Assembly (NCBI GenBank): GCA_965287045.1
Contig: OZ336893.1
Span: forward strand, 3,286,001-3,350,000
Source of the DNA: Carcharhinus amblyrhynchos
Taxonomy: Eukaryota
Reading direction: 5' to 3'
Length of the DNA: 64,000 nucleotides
Positions 39,661 to 51,450 of this stretch are shown piece after piece; the stretch's first letter is position 1, and every line of letters begins with the position of its first letter. The translations under genes were made by a program, and so were the position numbers. The notes under the pieces are model-generated. The model ran no database searches. It worked only from the letters and a program-made list of their open reading frames with translations, and was not told the origin of the DNA.

Positions 39661-41080
39661 TATTCTGCCTTATTCTGTCAGCATGCTCCGAGAAACCTAG
39701 CAGTTTGACCATATGGTTACTGACACTAAGGGTGGCAAGAGCACAGAATTTATGGGTGGGCACTTTAATGCCTGTCACCAAGAGTGGCTCAACAGCATGA
39801 ATGCTGAGCAAGCTGGCCGAGTGCTTAATAATGTAGTTGCTAGATTGGATTCTGGATAGGGTGATGAGGGAACCAGCAAGAGAGGGGAAACCTTGTTGCA
39901 GATGCATCTGTGCCCGACAGTTTTGAATATAATATAGCACTACAACCAAGTGAATAGATAGGTTTTGAAGTGATTGAGCAACTCAAAACTGAGCATCCAT
40001 GAGGACTGTGGGATCCTCTGTAATGGTTTGCCCAGTTAAATGGCGTCATTTAATGGTATTTCTGCCTAATTGAACTAATTGTGCTATGCTTTAAGCTAAT
40101 TTGGCCACATTTTAAAACTCAGCTTGAAATTCTGGTCGAGCCTGGAAATTTAGCTACATTCTCTGAAAGTACAACGTAAGATAAACAAGTTTTCTCATAA
40201 AGTAAACAGAAACTTCCATGGCCACAGCTGCAAGTGTTTTGATGCAGCTAGAGACTACTTGCACCCAGCTCTTTAATAACATAAGTATTCTGTTATATTG
40301 TAGACACAGATCGATGTTTAGTTTGTTTGATTCAGACTATGTTTTGAATTGTTTGATCCAGCATTGGCTTTTGCTACTTTTTTCTCTCTCTCTCTTAAGT
40401 AATCCTTATTTCACTTTCTGTAAAATGCAAAGCATAAAGGACACTTAATAAATAAGTTTCCACTTTGAACCAGTCATGCTCAAGTTTATTCTGATACTAC
40501 AGGCACTGTGGGCCACTAACCCCAGGATCATGTATTCTAGTTTTCAGCCAATTTGATTCACTCCACATTGTATCAAGAAATAGATAAAGGCACTAGATGC
40601 AGAAAAGGTTATGGATCCTGACTACTTTCTGGCAATAGTACTGGAATCTATGTAGCAATGTGGAAAATTGCCCAGGTATGTCCTGTGCACAAAAAGTAGG
40701 ACAAATCCACTTACCAACCATCAGTCTACTCATGTTCACCAGCAAAATGATCGAAGGTGTCATCAAGTGTTATCAAGTGGCACTAACTCATCAATAACCT
40801 GCTCACTGCCACTCAGTTTGAGTTCTGCTAGTACCACTCAGTTCCTGAGCTCATTACAGCCTTGATCACAATACAGACAAAAGAGCTGAACTCAGGAGGT
40901 GGAAGTGAGGGTAAATGCCCTTGACATCAAGGCAGTATTTGACTAAATGTGACATCAAGGAGTCTTAGCAATACTGAAGACAGTGGGAATCAGGGGAAAT
41001 CTCTCCACTGGTTGGAGTCATACCTGACACAAAGCAGGTGTTGGGGATAGCAAGCATCTGAGTCTGAGCCATTGCGTCAT

Positions 41081-41292
41081 GATGTGGATATGCCGGCGTT
41101 GGACTGGGGTAAACACAGTAAAAAGTCTGACAACACCAGGTTTAAGTCTAACCGATTTATTTGATAGTAAATTCACTAGCTTTCGAGGTTACCCTCTTCG
41201 TCACCTGACGAAGAGGGTAACCTCGAAAGCTAGTGAATTTACTATCAAATAAATCGGTTGGACTTAAACCTGGTGTTGTCAGACTTTTTACT
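41081..41292. mobile_element. Palindromic Penelope-like non-autonomous element
   Basis: 36-nt unique end, then 87-bp inverted arms (41117-41203 / 41206-41292, one mismatch, 2-nt loop); TSD tctgagccattgc (41063-41075) / tctgagacattgc (41292-41304). Confidence 0.88.
41201..41236 (+). ncRNA. Minimal type I hammerhead ribozyme
   Basis: tcac-CTGACGA-a-gagg(gtaa)cctc-GAAA-gc-TA-gtga: helix I tcac/gtga, intact core, 4-bp helix II, palindromic AGCT in place of helix III; predicted cleavage after 41232. Confidence 0.8.
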
Positions 41293-41759
41293 CTGAGACA
41301 TTGCCGCAGGAGTTCCTCAAGGTAATGTCTTCGGCCTACCCGTCTTCAGCTGCTTCATCAATGACATTTTCTCTATCATAAGGTCAGAAGTAGGGATATT
41401 CACTATGATTCCACAATGTTCAGCACCATTCATGACTCCTCAAATACTGAAGCAGTCTGCATCCATTTGTAACACGATCTCGACAATATTCAGGCATGGA
41501 CTCTAACTGGTAAATAATATTCACTCCACAGCTGCCAGGCCATGACCATCTCCAACAACAGAGAATCTAACCATCTCTCCTTTACATTCAGTGGCATTGC
41601 CATTGCTGAATCCCCACTATCAACATCCTGGGCATACCATCGACTAGAAACAGAACTGGACCTGCCATATAAATACTATGGCTACAATAAGTAGGAGGTT
41701 GTGTACCCTGTGGAGAATATAAGTCAGAAGCGTAATGGGACACTCTTCATTTGCCTGAA

Positions 41760-42210
41760 TATAGCTTGCTATGGCTACTGCTTTATCCAAGACTGCAAGA
41801 ACCTACGAAGTGCCGTGAATGAAGCCCAGTCCAACACTCAAACCAACCTCCCAGATATGGACTCTCTACACTTCTCACAGCCTCAGATAAGAAGCTAGCA
41901 TAGTCAAGGACCACACACATTCTGGACATACTCTCTTCCACCTTCATCTGTCGGGAAAAAGATAGAAAAGTGTAAGACCACATACCAACTAATGGAAAAC
42001 AGCTTCTTCGTTGATGCCATCAGACTTTTGAACGGACCTACATCACAGTAAATTGATCTATCTCTACACCTAGCAATGACTGTAACATTACATTCTGCAC
42101 TCTCTCCTTTCCTTCCCTATGCACAGTATACTTTGTTTGTGTAGCGCGCAAGAAACAATACTTTTCACTGTATACTAATACACGTGACAATAATAAATCA
42201 AATCAAATTA
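41760..42210 (+). mobile_element. Rex1/Babar-like LINE 3' end
   Basis: ACYGYCFIQDCKNLRSAVNEAQS..., LFHL..SGKR and NSFF..AIRLLN C-terminal motifs; aataaatcaaatcaaat tail. Confidence 0.8.
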
Positions 42211-42360
42211 AAAAAGTGCAGCTCCAATACTCAAGGAGCTCAACACCATTGAGGACAAAGCAGCTTAGTTCCCCCCCACCGCTGCAGGAGGCAGCCCTCA
42301 GCAGACCCCCCCAACAGTCAGACTCCCTCTTCCCCTAGAGACAGCCCCCCTGTGATCAGA

Positions 42361-43130
42361 CACCCTCCCAGGAGGCAGGGCCCCCCCTCGGTAGAGCACA
42401 TCCTCCAACCTACCTCGATTGTTGCTGTCCCTCCACCATGCTTCTGACCTGCACGCGTTGATGTGGGGATGCTGGCGGTGGACTGGGATGAGCACAGTAA
42501 GAAGTCTCACAACACCAGGTTAAAGTCCTGTTGGACTGGTGTTGTGAGACTTCTTACTGCACTCGTTGGACAGCCTGCAGCACCTTCCTGGCCTTCCTCT
42601 GGCGTCCGTCAGAAGCGGGGGCGGGCTTAGATGGATCTCTTGTTGGGGAGGGGGGCAGGCTCAGATAGATCTTTGGTTGGGGAGGGGGGCGGGGTCAGAT
42701 GGATCTCTGGTCGGGGAGGGGGGCAGGCTCAGATAGATCTTTGGTTGGGGAGGGGGGCGGGCTCAGATGGATCTCTGGTTGGGAGGGGGGTGGTGGTGGA
42801 GATTCTCCCAAGTCTACCCTCACCTCGTCCTCCCATACGCACGCCCCCCCTCCCCTCCCCCCAACCAGAGATCCATTTGAGCCCGCCACCCCCCTTCCGG
42901 TAGACACCAGCGGAAGGCCAGGAAGGTGCTGCAGGCTGTCCAACGAGTGCAGTAAGGAGTCTCACAACACCAGGTTAAAGTCCAACAGGACTTCTTACTG
43001 TGTTTACCCCAGTCCAATGTCGGCATCTCCACATCAACGAGTGTAGGTCAGAAGAATGGTGGAGGGAGAGCAGCAATCCAGGTAGATTGGGGTGTGGTCT
43101 GCCGAGGGGGGCCTGCCTTCTGGGGGGGAT
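42361..43130. repeat. Long inverted repeat (fold-back) with ~290-bp arms
   Basis: 42361-42655 is the diverged reverse complement of ~42850-43130; each arm holds a copy of the palindromic element (42460-42557, ~42951-43035). Confidence 0.88.
42617..42790 (+). repeat. G-rich ~35-bp tandem repeat, 5 units
   Basis: Unit ggggcRggctcagatRgatctYtggttggggaggg with alternating variants. Confidence 0.9.
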
Positions 43131-43848
43131 CCGATCGCGGCTCATCCTTCCCCCATTCCACCCCCTCCCCCTCACAGCTTTCTCTGTTTTGTCTTTCGCA
43201 CCCTGGCGCGCTGTTTCAGTTTTTTTTCGAACTGCGCATGCACAGTTCAGAGCTCCAACTGCTCTGGCAGTGCTAAGCCCAGTCCCACAGCGTGGACCGG
43301 ACCGGAGCTGGCAAAAAACGTATGCGTGCGCTGGAACGAGGATTCGGATCAGTCCGGATCCGGCACTCAGCCTCCGATTGGTAAAATCTGGCCCTTTACC
43401 TCATACATTTTTTCACAAAAGCTGATATCGCTGGGCATATCCTCAGGAGCTGAATGACTGATTGTGCAATATCCTTCAAAAACACAGGTTAAGGACCTCT
43501 TAAATATTGGTTCTTCTGCTATAATGGAGATAGAGATTACTCAGTTTATATTGAAGCTAGCACAAAGCACATTAAAAGCAATGGCATAGAAATATCCAGT
43601 GTCTATTATAGCTCTTTGCTATAGCAATCCAAAACTAATTCTGATCTATCTTCATAGCCTGGTATTTTTCTCTGCTTTAAATGTTTGTCTGACTTTCCCT
43701 TAAAAAACTTGATGGTTTGTTATGCCTCCTTCAGTCCCTGTGGTAAAACAGTTCATGCTCTAACAAATATTTGAATAACTAATGTCAGATGTGAGCCAGT
43801 TTTTATTTTTGCTTATTTTTGACCAATGTGAATTGGTCCTTTACTCAC

Positions 43849-43944
43849 CATAATCTGGACTTGTCCATTTTTGTAAGAATCAGGTGAGTTTTCATTCTCT
43901 TCAGTTTTGCAACTTCCTGTTCGACATTTTACAACATCCTGAAT
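43849..43944 (-). CDS. ADGRB2: ADGRB2 96-nt coding exon (helix 8 / proximal tail)
   Basis: cattacag|ATT CAG GAT GTT GTA AAA TGT...ATT ATG|gtgagt = [32 protein letters not shown], phase 0-0. Not in the ORF track. Confidence 0.95.
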
Positions 43945-44559
43945 CTGTAATGAATTGCAGAAAGCAGACTTAGAAACATGTTAATATAAAACAATGATAA
44001 GGTAAACAATGTGCATTGATAATAACCAGTAAGATGCAGATGCCAACTCTATGTTCCTCTCCACTCTTCTCTGGCCATGCCTTTTTAATTTTTCCAGTGT
44101 TTGCTGTGTCCTCTCCTATCCATTATAAAATACAGTAAGATTTTCTTCCATGTGCGGAGTACTGTCCTAATACTATCTGTGTCTGACTTTATTTCTTTTT
44201 CCATGAATGAATAGGTCCCTTGCTTTTGATAACCTCTACTTTCCAACAGCATGAATCTTCCTCCATTTTGATCTGATTATGGCTCTACTGTTTACATCTG
44301 GCCACTTCTCTCTGGTAACACCTGACTTTCTCATTTCAAAGGATACTTTTCCCCACAATGTTTTTTTGTTTTTTTTCTATGTTTCCTGGACTTTTGTTGG
44401 TGACCAAGCAATCCAAACCTATATTCCCATCGACACCACTCTATTGTAGCTGCTCTAAACAGTGCCAATTTGCTACGTTTGCTAACTTTCACCTGAACTA
44501 CCTCCCCCTTTGTACTCATTCATGATTTGGCCTGCTAAGAAACTGCACTGATACAGAAC

Positions 44560-45290
44560 AGGGAGCAGAAGGGCATAGGTATTCAGACTTGGGCTGATAT
44601 GTGGCTACATTTGCACTTCACAGATAACAGGCAATGACCAGCTTCAACCATCGAGAATGTAACTATCTCCCTTTGACATTCTATGGTAGTACCAGCAGTG
44701 GATGCACACTATCATATTCTTGGGGTTACCAATGACCAATCAGACCAGAAACTTAGCTGGACAATTCATATAAATACTGCAGCTGCGAGAGTTGGTCAGA
44801 GGCTGGGAATTCTCTGGAGAACAATTCAGCTCCTGACTCTCCAAAGTCAGTCCATTACCTCATAGATAAAAGTTAGAAGTGTGATGGAATACTCTCCAAT
44901 CCCTGGATAAGTGGAGTTTCAACAACCTTCAGGAAACTCAACATATCCAGGACAACATGCTTGATTGCCATCCCATCCACACCTTAAACATTCACTCTCT
45001 CCACAGCACACATGATTTCTAGCACACAGAGAAACAAGTGCAGTAGACACACGGGAACCATATTATGCGCAAGTTCCCTTCCAAATCACACAACATTCTG
45101 ACTTGGAACTATATCATCATCCATGCACCATCACGAGGTCAAGATTCTGGAACTCCTTAATAGCACTATAGGTGTAACTACATGATATGGTACGAGAAGG
45201 TAGCTCCCTATCACTGCTCAAGGGAAATTTAGAATGGAAAATAAATGTTGTGCTTGCCAGTGGTACTCACATCCCATGAATGAATATAAA
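44560..45290 (+). mobile_element. CR1/L2-clade LINE 3' portion
   Basis: ILGVT.D..KLSWT.HIN...GQRLGIL; ends ctcacatcccatgaatgaat. Confidence 0.78.
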
Positions 45291-45662
45291 ACAAAGCCGC
45301 CAGATTGAACATTTCTGCATTGCTCTAGAATTCTGCTGGTAGCTATATTGTTGACTCTGACGAACAGCACTCAAGATTACTCCACCATTCCCCAATATAA
45401 TTCAACGTGGCCAACAGGATCCAGGAGTCTAACAGTAGCAGTCCTGATATAAAGAACTTACCTGGAATATCAATGCAGGTGAGAAACTCTGGTGAGATAG
45501 TACAAGATTAACCTATATCCAAAGCTGACAGTTCAGCAACATTATTATTGTGTGAGTGTATAAGGAGTTAAGAGTACTGAACTGAAGGCCCAGACTACAA
45601 ATACTACCATATTATCCAAGAACAGCTTTTATAGTAAGCATACATGTCATCACTATTCAATT

Positions 45663-46100
45663 TGAATAAACTAGGCTTGTACTCGTTAGAGTTTAGAAGA
45701 ATGAGGGGAGATCTCATTGAGACGTATAAGATGATGAATGGGATGGATAGGATAGAGGTGGAGAGACTCTTCCCGCTCAAAAAAGACAGTAGGACTAGGG
45801 GGCACAGCCTCAAGATAAAGGGGAGGCGGTTTAGAACGGAGTTGAGGAGGAACTTCTTCACTCAAAGGGTGGTGAATCTCTGGAATTCTCTGCCCGTTGA
45901 AGTGGTGGAGGCTGCCTCGCTAAATATTTTTAAGAAGCGGGTTGATGGGTTTTTGATAAGAGAGGGGATTAAGGGTTATGGGGAGAGGGCCGGAAAGTGG
46001 AACTGAGCCACAACAGATCAGCCATGATCTTATTGAATGGCGGGGCAGGCTCGAAGGGCTAGATGGCCTACTCCTGCTCCTATTTCTTATGTTCTTATGT
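45663..46100 (+). mobile_element. Young 5'-truncated CR1 LINE (family A, copy 4)
   Basis: Nearly identical to 19630-20070; (TTCTTATG)n tail. Confidence 0.95.
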
Positions 46101-46369
46101 TAAATGTTGAAGGAATTAATTATTTTGATACAGTAATCTCATGATTAGGAAAAACAATGCAACTTTCATCTCATGCTAGGTGTGCAATAAAGAATAGAGC
46201 AACAATGGGGATGTCCAAATTAGAAAAGAACAGTAAAGTGAAATTAAATCACTCCTCAACAGGCTCACACTCACCCCATGGATTCTGTTAGCAGTTCAGC
46301 TATCGCCACCCATCTCCACAGTTCCTCCTAGAATGCCTATTCATAAGTGAACAAGGACCAGGTCACCCA

Positions 46370-46955
46370 TTTATTGCAAGGGGGATTGAGTACAAGAATA
46401 AAGAAGTTTTGTTGGAGCTATATGGTGCTTTGTTGAAGTACTGCTTTTGATCTCCTTACATAAAGAAAGACGTACTTGCCTCCTTAAGTGGAGCAAGAAA
46501 GGTACATTGGATTGATTCCTAGGATAGGGGGGGATTGTCCTATGAAGAGAGATCAATTAGAATAAGTATTGGGGTTTAGAAGAAAGATAGGTGATCTAAT
46601 TGAAACATCTAAAATCCTTCAAGGACAGAACAGATGTTGAGCAAATTTTTTCCCCTGGTTGGAGAGGCTAGAACTAGGGATTATCATCTCAGCATAAGGG
46701 ATCAGTCACTTATGAATGAGATGAGCAGAAAGTGATTCACCAAGAGGACTGCAATATTTGAAATTGTCCACCCCAGAGGGTGGATACTCACTCACTGAAT
46801 ATATTCAAGCATGAGATAAATATATTTTAGATACTAAGGGAATCAAGGGATGTGGGACTCAGGCAGGTGAGTGGAATTGAGCTCTCACTGAATGGTGGTG
46901 CAGCTTTGAAGGGCTGTATGGCCCACTATTGCTCCTATTTCTTGAGTTCTTATGA
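46370..46955 (+). mobile_element. Old CR1 3' fragment
   Basis: RGIEYKNKEVLLELY...; tail gctcctatttcttgagttcttatg. Confidence 0.78.
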
Positions 46956-48644
46956 GTTTATTGTGGTTGTATTGGTGGAAACTTGACTAAGGCATGATGA
47001 CACCCTTAATGAAGCCTCACTGCCTGGCTAAAACTTCCACTATTTGCTGCTGTCAAACCACGTGGGCGTCTCATTTTATTCTACCTCTCTCCCCTTGCAT
47101 CTAAAAGTAATTATTTGCCGCCCAACCATTTGGCACACCAAATTTCTCACAGATTGTCTTGGATTTCCTCCCTAGCTAACTGCAACCTCCATCCTAACTT
47201 GTGCTGTCTTTCCTCTGAGTTTATTGGCCTCCTGTTATCCCTTAATCTCTCCCTCCATATAAACTCTACCCATATTCTCATATAATCCCTTGGCCTTGCC
47301 ATCTCATGCAATATTCATTGTTCAATCACATATAAGGCTATATTTGACCACTTCCTTGTAGTCCTCTCCACTTGCACCCTCCCTTCCCAACCTCACTTCC
47401 TCCTGTGTACACCAGGGAAAAACTCTCCCCAGTCATTGAGAACTGCATGTTCAAATTCCCAACTATCTGGCTTTTGGTCCTCCATTCACAGCATTTCTGC
47501 AGCTATTGATTTGTTCAGTCACACTCTCACCTCTACTTTGTTACTCTATTCCCCAGTAAAGCCATTACAGGAATACTCTTTCTCACTTTGAACATTTCAT
47601 ACAGTACAGCCCTTACCTTTGCTCCTTTCAGTCTCAGGAATACAGACTTGAAAGCCTATTGCAGATAGGCCACCAATCACCAGATAGCCACCAATCACCA
47701 GATCTGGCTGGACCAGAAAAAAAACACTATCGGGTAAAAGCCGATGTCACTTTAAGCTAACGTGAACCGGGTGCTCCAAGATTCTTGTGTACCAGTTAGT
47801 TGATGTTGAAAGGAATTTTTTGGTCTATGCTAATGAATAATAAGTATGAACCCGCCACAGGCCTGCATGAGGCCTGTATGCCACAAAATGACTTCATTTT
47901 GGCATTTCAACTTGCCATTTGGAAATCAAAACTTCAGCTCTTGCCTCATTCAGTCCATCGCATGGCAAATTTGCCTCTCTTGCAGTCTCCATAAAATCTC
48001 TGCTGTGAGTCTCTCCTTTCAGCTTTTAGTGATCTTCACTGGAAGGTTGTTGCCTCTCCTCACAGGTGATTTCAGAAAAACAGTGATGCTAGTTTTCTAT
48101 AAAGCCTAACTTTCTGCCAAGTTGAAGTTAATATTTTTCAAGAATGAGAATTGGAGATTGGTTTTTAAATGGATAAATTTAGCTTTTTTATGGCCTTGAA
48201 AGCTGATTTAAATTTTATAATTCAATAAATGTAAGCAAGTATTCTAGCTGATGTCAGTGGTAATGACAGTGAAGATGAATTGAAGGCAAATCTATTGTGA
48301 TGTTCATGCTTTTAGAACAACTGTTTTTGCCAACTCAGTATATGATGTGAAGTTCATATCACCCTGAAAGTCCCATCCATCACAATGTGAACATGGAAGA
48401 AAATGGCTGTATTGCTTATTCTAGCTTATCCATTAAGGAAAGGTTCACAGTTTCTCTTCACAGCACCAGCACTTTAAGCAATTCCATGATTTATGTCTCC
48501 ATTACCTTATCCAGAAGTCAATTCCATATGTTGATCACTCATGTATGAAGAGCATCCTGACATCCATCTTAAATTTCCCTTACAGTAGTTTGAGATTGTG
48601 TCTTTCTGAGTCCTTTAATCTTTTGATTTCTCTCACAAGAAAGT

Positions 48645-48982
48645 GGGGCGGCATGGTAGCACAGTGGTTAGCACTGCTGCTTCACAACTCCAGGGACCTG
48701 GGTTTGATTCCTGGCTCGGGTCACTGTCTGTGTGGAGTTTGCACATTCTCCTTGTGTCTGGGTGGGTTTCCTCTGGGTGCTCCAGTTTCCTCCCACAGTC
48801 TAAAGATGTGCGGGTTAGGTTGATGGGCCGTGTTAAGTTGCCCCTTAGTGTCCTGGGATATGTAGGTTAGAGGGATTAGTGGGTAAAATATGTGGGCATG
48901 TGGGGATAGGGCCTGGATGGGATTGTGGTCGGTGTAGACTCGATGGGCTGAATGACCTCTTCCTGCACTGTAGGGTTCTATG
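48645..48982 (+). mobile_element. HE1-type V-SINE (tRNA-derived, CR1 tail)
   Basis: A-box-like tagcacagtgg, B-box-like ggtttgattcc, V-domain gtgtggagtttgcacattctcc...gggtttcctc...ggtgctccagtttcctcccacag, CR1-type tail. Confidence 0.9.
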
Positions 48983-49129
48983 AAAAAAATCTAATATATC
49001 TTTGAGACTCCCACTCAGTTGGCTCCATTCTAAGATGAAAAGCCAAGGCTGAGAATTTGCACCTGTGTTCGCGACAGGTGCAAATGGCAACATGGGCACA
49101 AGATCTTGTGAGAGACCAGGAACATTTTA

Positions 49130-49292
49130 GACTTTTAACATTTAAGAAAAACTTGGACAGGTTCATGGATGAGAGGGGTGTGGAGGGATATGGTCCAAGT
49201 GCAGGTCAGTGGGACTAGGCAAAAAATGGTTCGGCACAGACAAGAAGGGCCAAAAGGCCTGTTTCTGAGCTGTAATTTTCTATGGTTCTATG
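49130..49292 (+). mobile_element. CR1 3' end (family C)
   Basis: Reverse complement of 37884-38046 with few differences. Confidence 0.85.
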
Positions 49293-49402
49293 GAACGCAA
49301 CACTCACTGGTGAGATCTCAGGACATGATGGTCCTCAGTCTCAGACAGTGAAAAAATGAAGTTTCTGCCCAGAAACGTTGAGAATTTCACTTGAACACAT
49401 CG

Positions 49403-50254
49403 AGGTGGGATTTTACCACCACTTTACACCTGTTTTGCAGTGTGAAAATGGCGTAAAAATCGGGCGTAAAGCAGCTAATGTGAATGGCACCGGTTTTCGC
49501 TACTGATGAGAGGCTGGTTGTTTTATTGAACTTTATTTAAATAGTGTTTTGCATCTGTTTAGTGAGCCCGGGGCGCAATTGTTTGGGCTCGCTTGCCTTT
49601 GTGGCCGTGCTAGGAGAGATTCTCTCCAGCGAGGAAAACACCTGGGGAACAATTATGTTGGCCTCACCAGTGGAACCAGAGGCCAGTGAGGCCCCCCTTG
49701 TGAGGCTGAGGGCAAGGCGGTGGTGCCCCTTCGGCGGTGTGAGACTGGTTATGCCACTCTGGCACCTTGGCTATGCCACCCTGGCACCTGGGCAATGCCC
49801 ACTGGTCAGTGCCAGGAGCATGGGGCCTGTGGGGGACAGTGCCAGGCATGGGTGGGGTCAACGGGGCAAGTTCCCGCTGCCACTCTGAATGCGATCGATG
49901 GGGGAGAGCAGCTGGGCCACGAATGGTCTGCATGGCAGTAGGTGCGGGGTCTGCATCTTGGGCCATGGACGTCTGCAACTGGGGGTGGAGGGGTAGCGAG
50001 GAGCGAGTTGAGGCTGCTTGCAGAAACAAAAGTCTGACAGCTCTCTTCTTGTCTGTCAGACGCCTGCTCTGCACATGTGCAATACCTCCCTCTACAGCTC
50101 CACCCACAGCCTTTTGAAGTGGGAAACGGGCTCACCCAAAATTTTACAGCGTGCATAAGACTGGGCCTGAAAATGCACCCAAAAAGTGGATCTGGAACTT
50201 TCCCAGTTTCTCGCCTGCCCGACACTTAGAAAAAAATCTCTTAAAATTCCACCT
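49403..50254. mobile_element. Non-autonomous DNA transposon (Harbinger-type MITE)
   Basis: TIRs aggtgggatttta (49403-49415) / taaaattccacct (50242-50254); GC-rich non-coding interior with repeated tggcac/gtgcca motifs. Confidence 0.65.
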
Positions 50255-50939
50255 ATCATTTAATTAGCGGATAGTTCCACCATAATTGCCTCTCCCCACC
50301 CCCATTGCAATTTCTAATTGCACAGCGTGATGGAGTTCACAACAGGATTTAAAAATGGCAACTTGGCAACCTCACCTTTGAGGAAGGTATTGGAGGCCAA
50401 CCTGTTAGTGGCCTCTACTATCCATCAACGAATCCATGGGGAGAGCGGATAAAGATGGGGGGAGGTGTTAGGCAGAGCACCAGCTAAGGGGGCTGTGTTG
50501 CATGGAGGGGTGGGGGTGGATGTTGGGAGTGCCACGAGGTTGCAGTGGGGCCACAAGTTTGTGGGGGGTGAAGCCTTAATTTGGGGGAGGGGATGACAAT
50601 GTCAGGGGGAGGCACAAGAAGCTAGCCACACAATGGGGCAATGGGTGTTTGGGAGGGTTGAAAGACTAGCAGGGCACCACGGGGTTGAGGCCATTTCAGC
50701 ACTGACAAACCAGAGGGGTAAACAGAACTGGGAGGGGAGAATGGGGCAGGGTGTCACCAGGGCAGCATAGTTGGGGAAAGGGCAATATAAATAAGTGGGG
50801 ATGGGGGGTGCAGTTGTGCGCGGTCCACCATTGGTCTGACTCTGAGAAAGGGGGTGGTTTGGCCCTTTCAACGGGTAATGACCTAGTGACCAGAGGACAA
50901 CGATGGCACTTGTAAAGCTCACCCACCCTGAGGCTGCAA

Positions 50940-51450
50940 CCCCCAGCTGAAGGGCCTCAACCTTCTCCAAGGACCCTGGTACTTTCTTCCCATGCAGTTA
51001 GTAGAGAGATACAATCATGGAAGTAGCAGAATTGGCAGTAATCTTTCTTGTTGTGTCAACATCAGGATCCTCAAAGATAGAAAGATGGCAGGGCCTCCTC
51101 AGCTGCCAGAAACAGGGGCACAGAGAGTGACTGTGCAGAGATGCTATCATTGGCCCCCAGTATATAGCTGGCGATTGATTTTTCTTATTAATGGGTGAGA
51201 ACCAGTGCAGGAGGAGAATCTGGATAATGCAGGGACACTGTTGTGCACCTTTGCCAGGTTCTTCAAGGTTTGGTGTCACATGAACTGAGAGGTCACTCAC
51301 TGTCTATCACCTAAAGGTCACAGCCACCCTAAACTTCTGTGTCAGTGGTTCCTTTCAGGGATCCACTGATGACCTTTGTGGTATCTCCCAGGCTTTCACA
51401 CACAAGTGCAATAGGAAGATCCAGGGCACATTCTTCACAAAAGTTGCAAA
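50940..51450 (+). pseudogene. Harbinger transposase N-terminal/HTH fossil
   Basis: KVTATLNFCVSGSFQGSTDDLCGISQAFTHKC at ~51314-51410 matches the HARBI1-family HTH motif (AAL.F.ASGSFQ...GD..GISQ). Confidence 0.8.

Larger units (their letters stand above)
40540..42270 (+). mobile_element. CR1/L2-clade LINE RT region, host to two nested insertions
   Basis: ALDIKAVFD, GVPQGNVFGLPVFSCFIND; interrupted at 41076-41292 and 41760-42210. Confidence 0.8.

Noticed and set aside
41171-41210. Second hammerhead on the minus strand of the palindrome
   Set aside because: Core reads GTGACGA and the 5' strand of helix I is missing because the arm is truncated at the loop.
41117-41292. microRNA precursor
   Set aside because: The hairpin is explained by a TSD-flanked multi-copy mobile element; small-RNA production cannot be judged from sequence.
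42298-43457. Cluster of overlapping GC-rich ORFs
   Set aside because: Arise from stop-poor inverted and tandem repeats; low-complexity translations.
47682-47705. 18-19 bp tandem duplication cagatagccaccaatcac
   Set aside because: Isolated slippage event in old repeat DNA.
48645-48720. tRNA gene
   Set aside because: tRNA-derived SINE head continuing into V-domain and LINE tail; the same applies to the other SINE heads.
49544-50225. Overlapping 114-147 aa ORFs
   Set aside because: GC-rich MITE interior with no recognisable domain.
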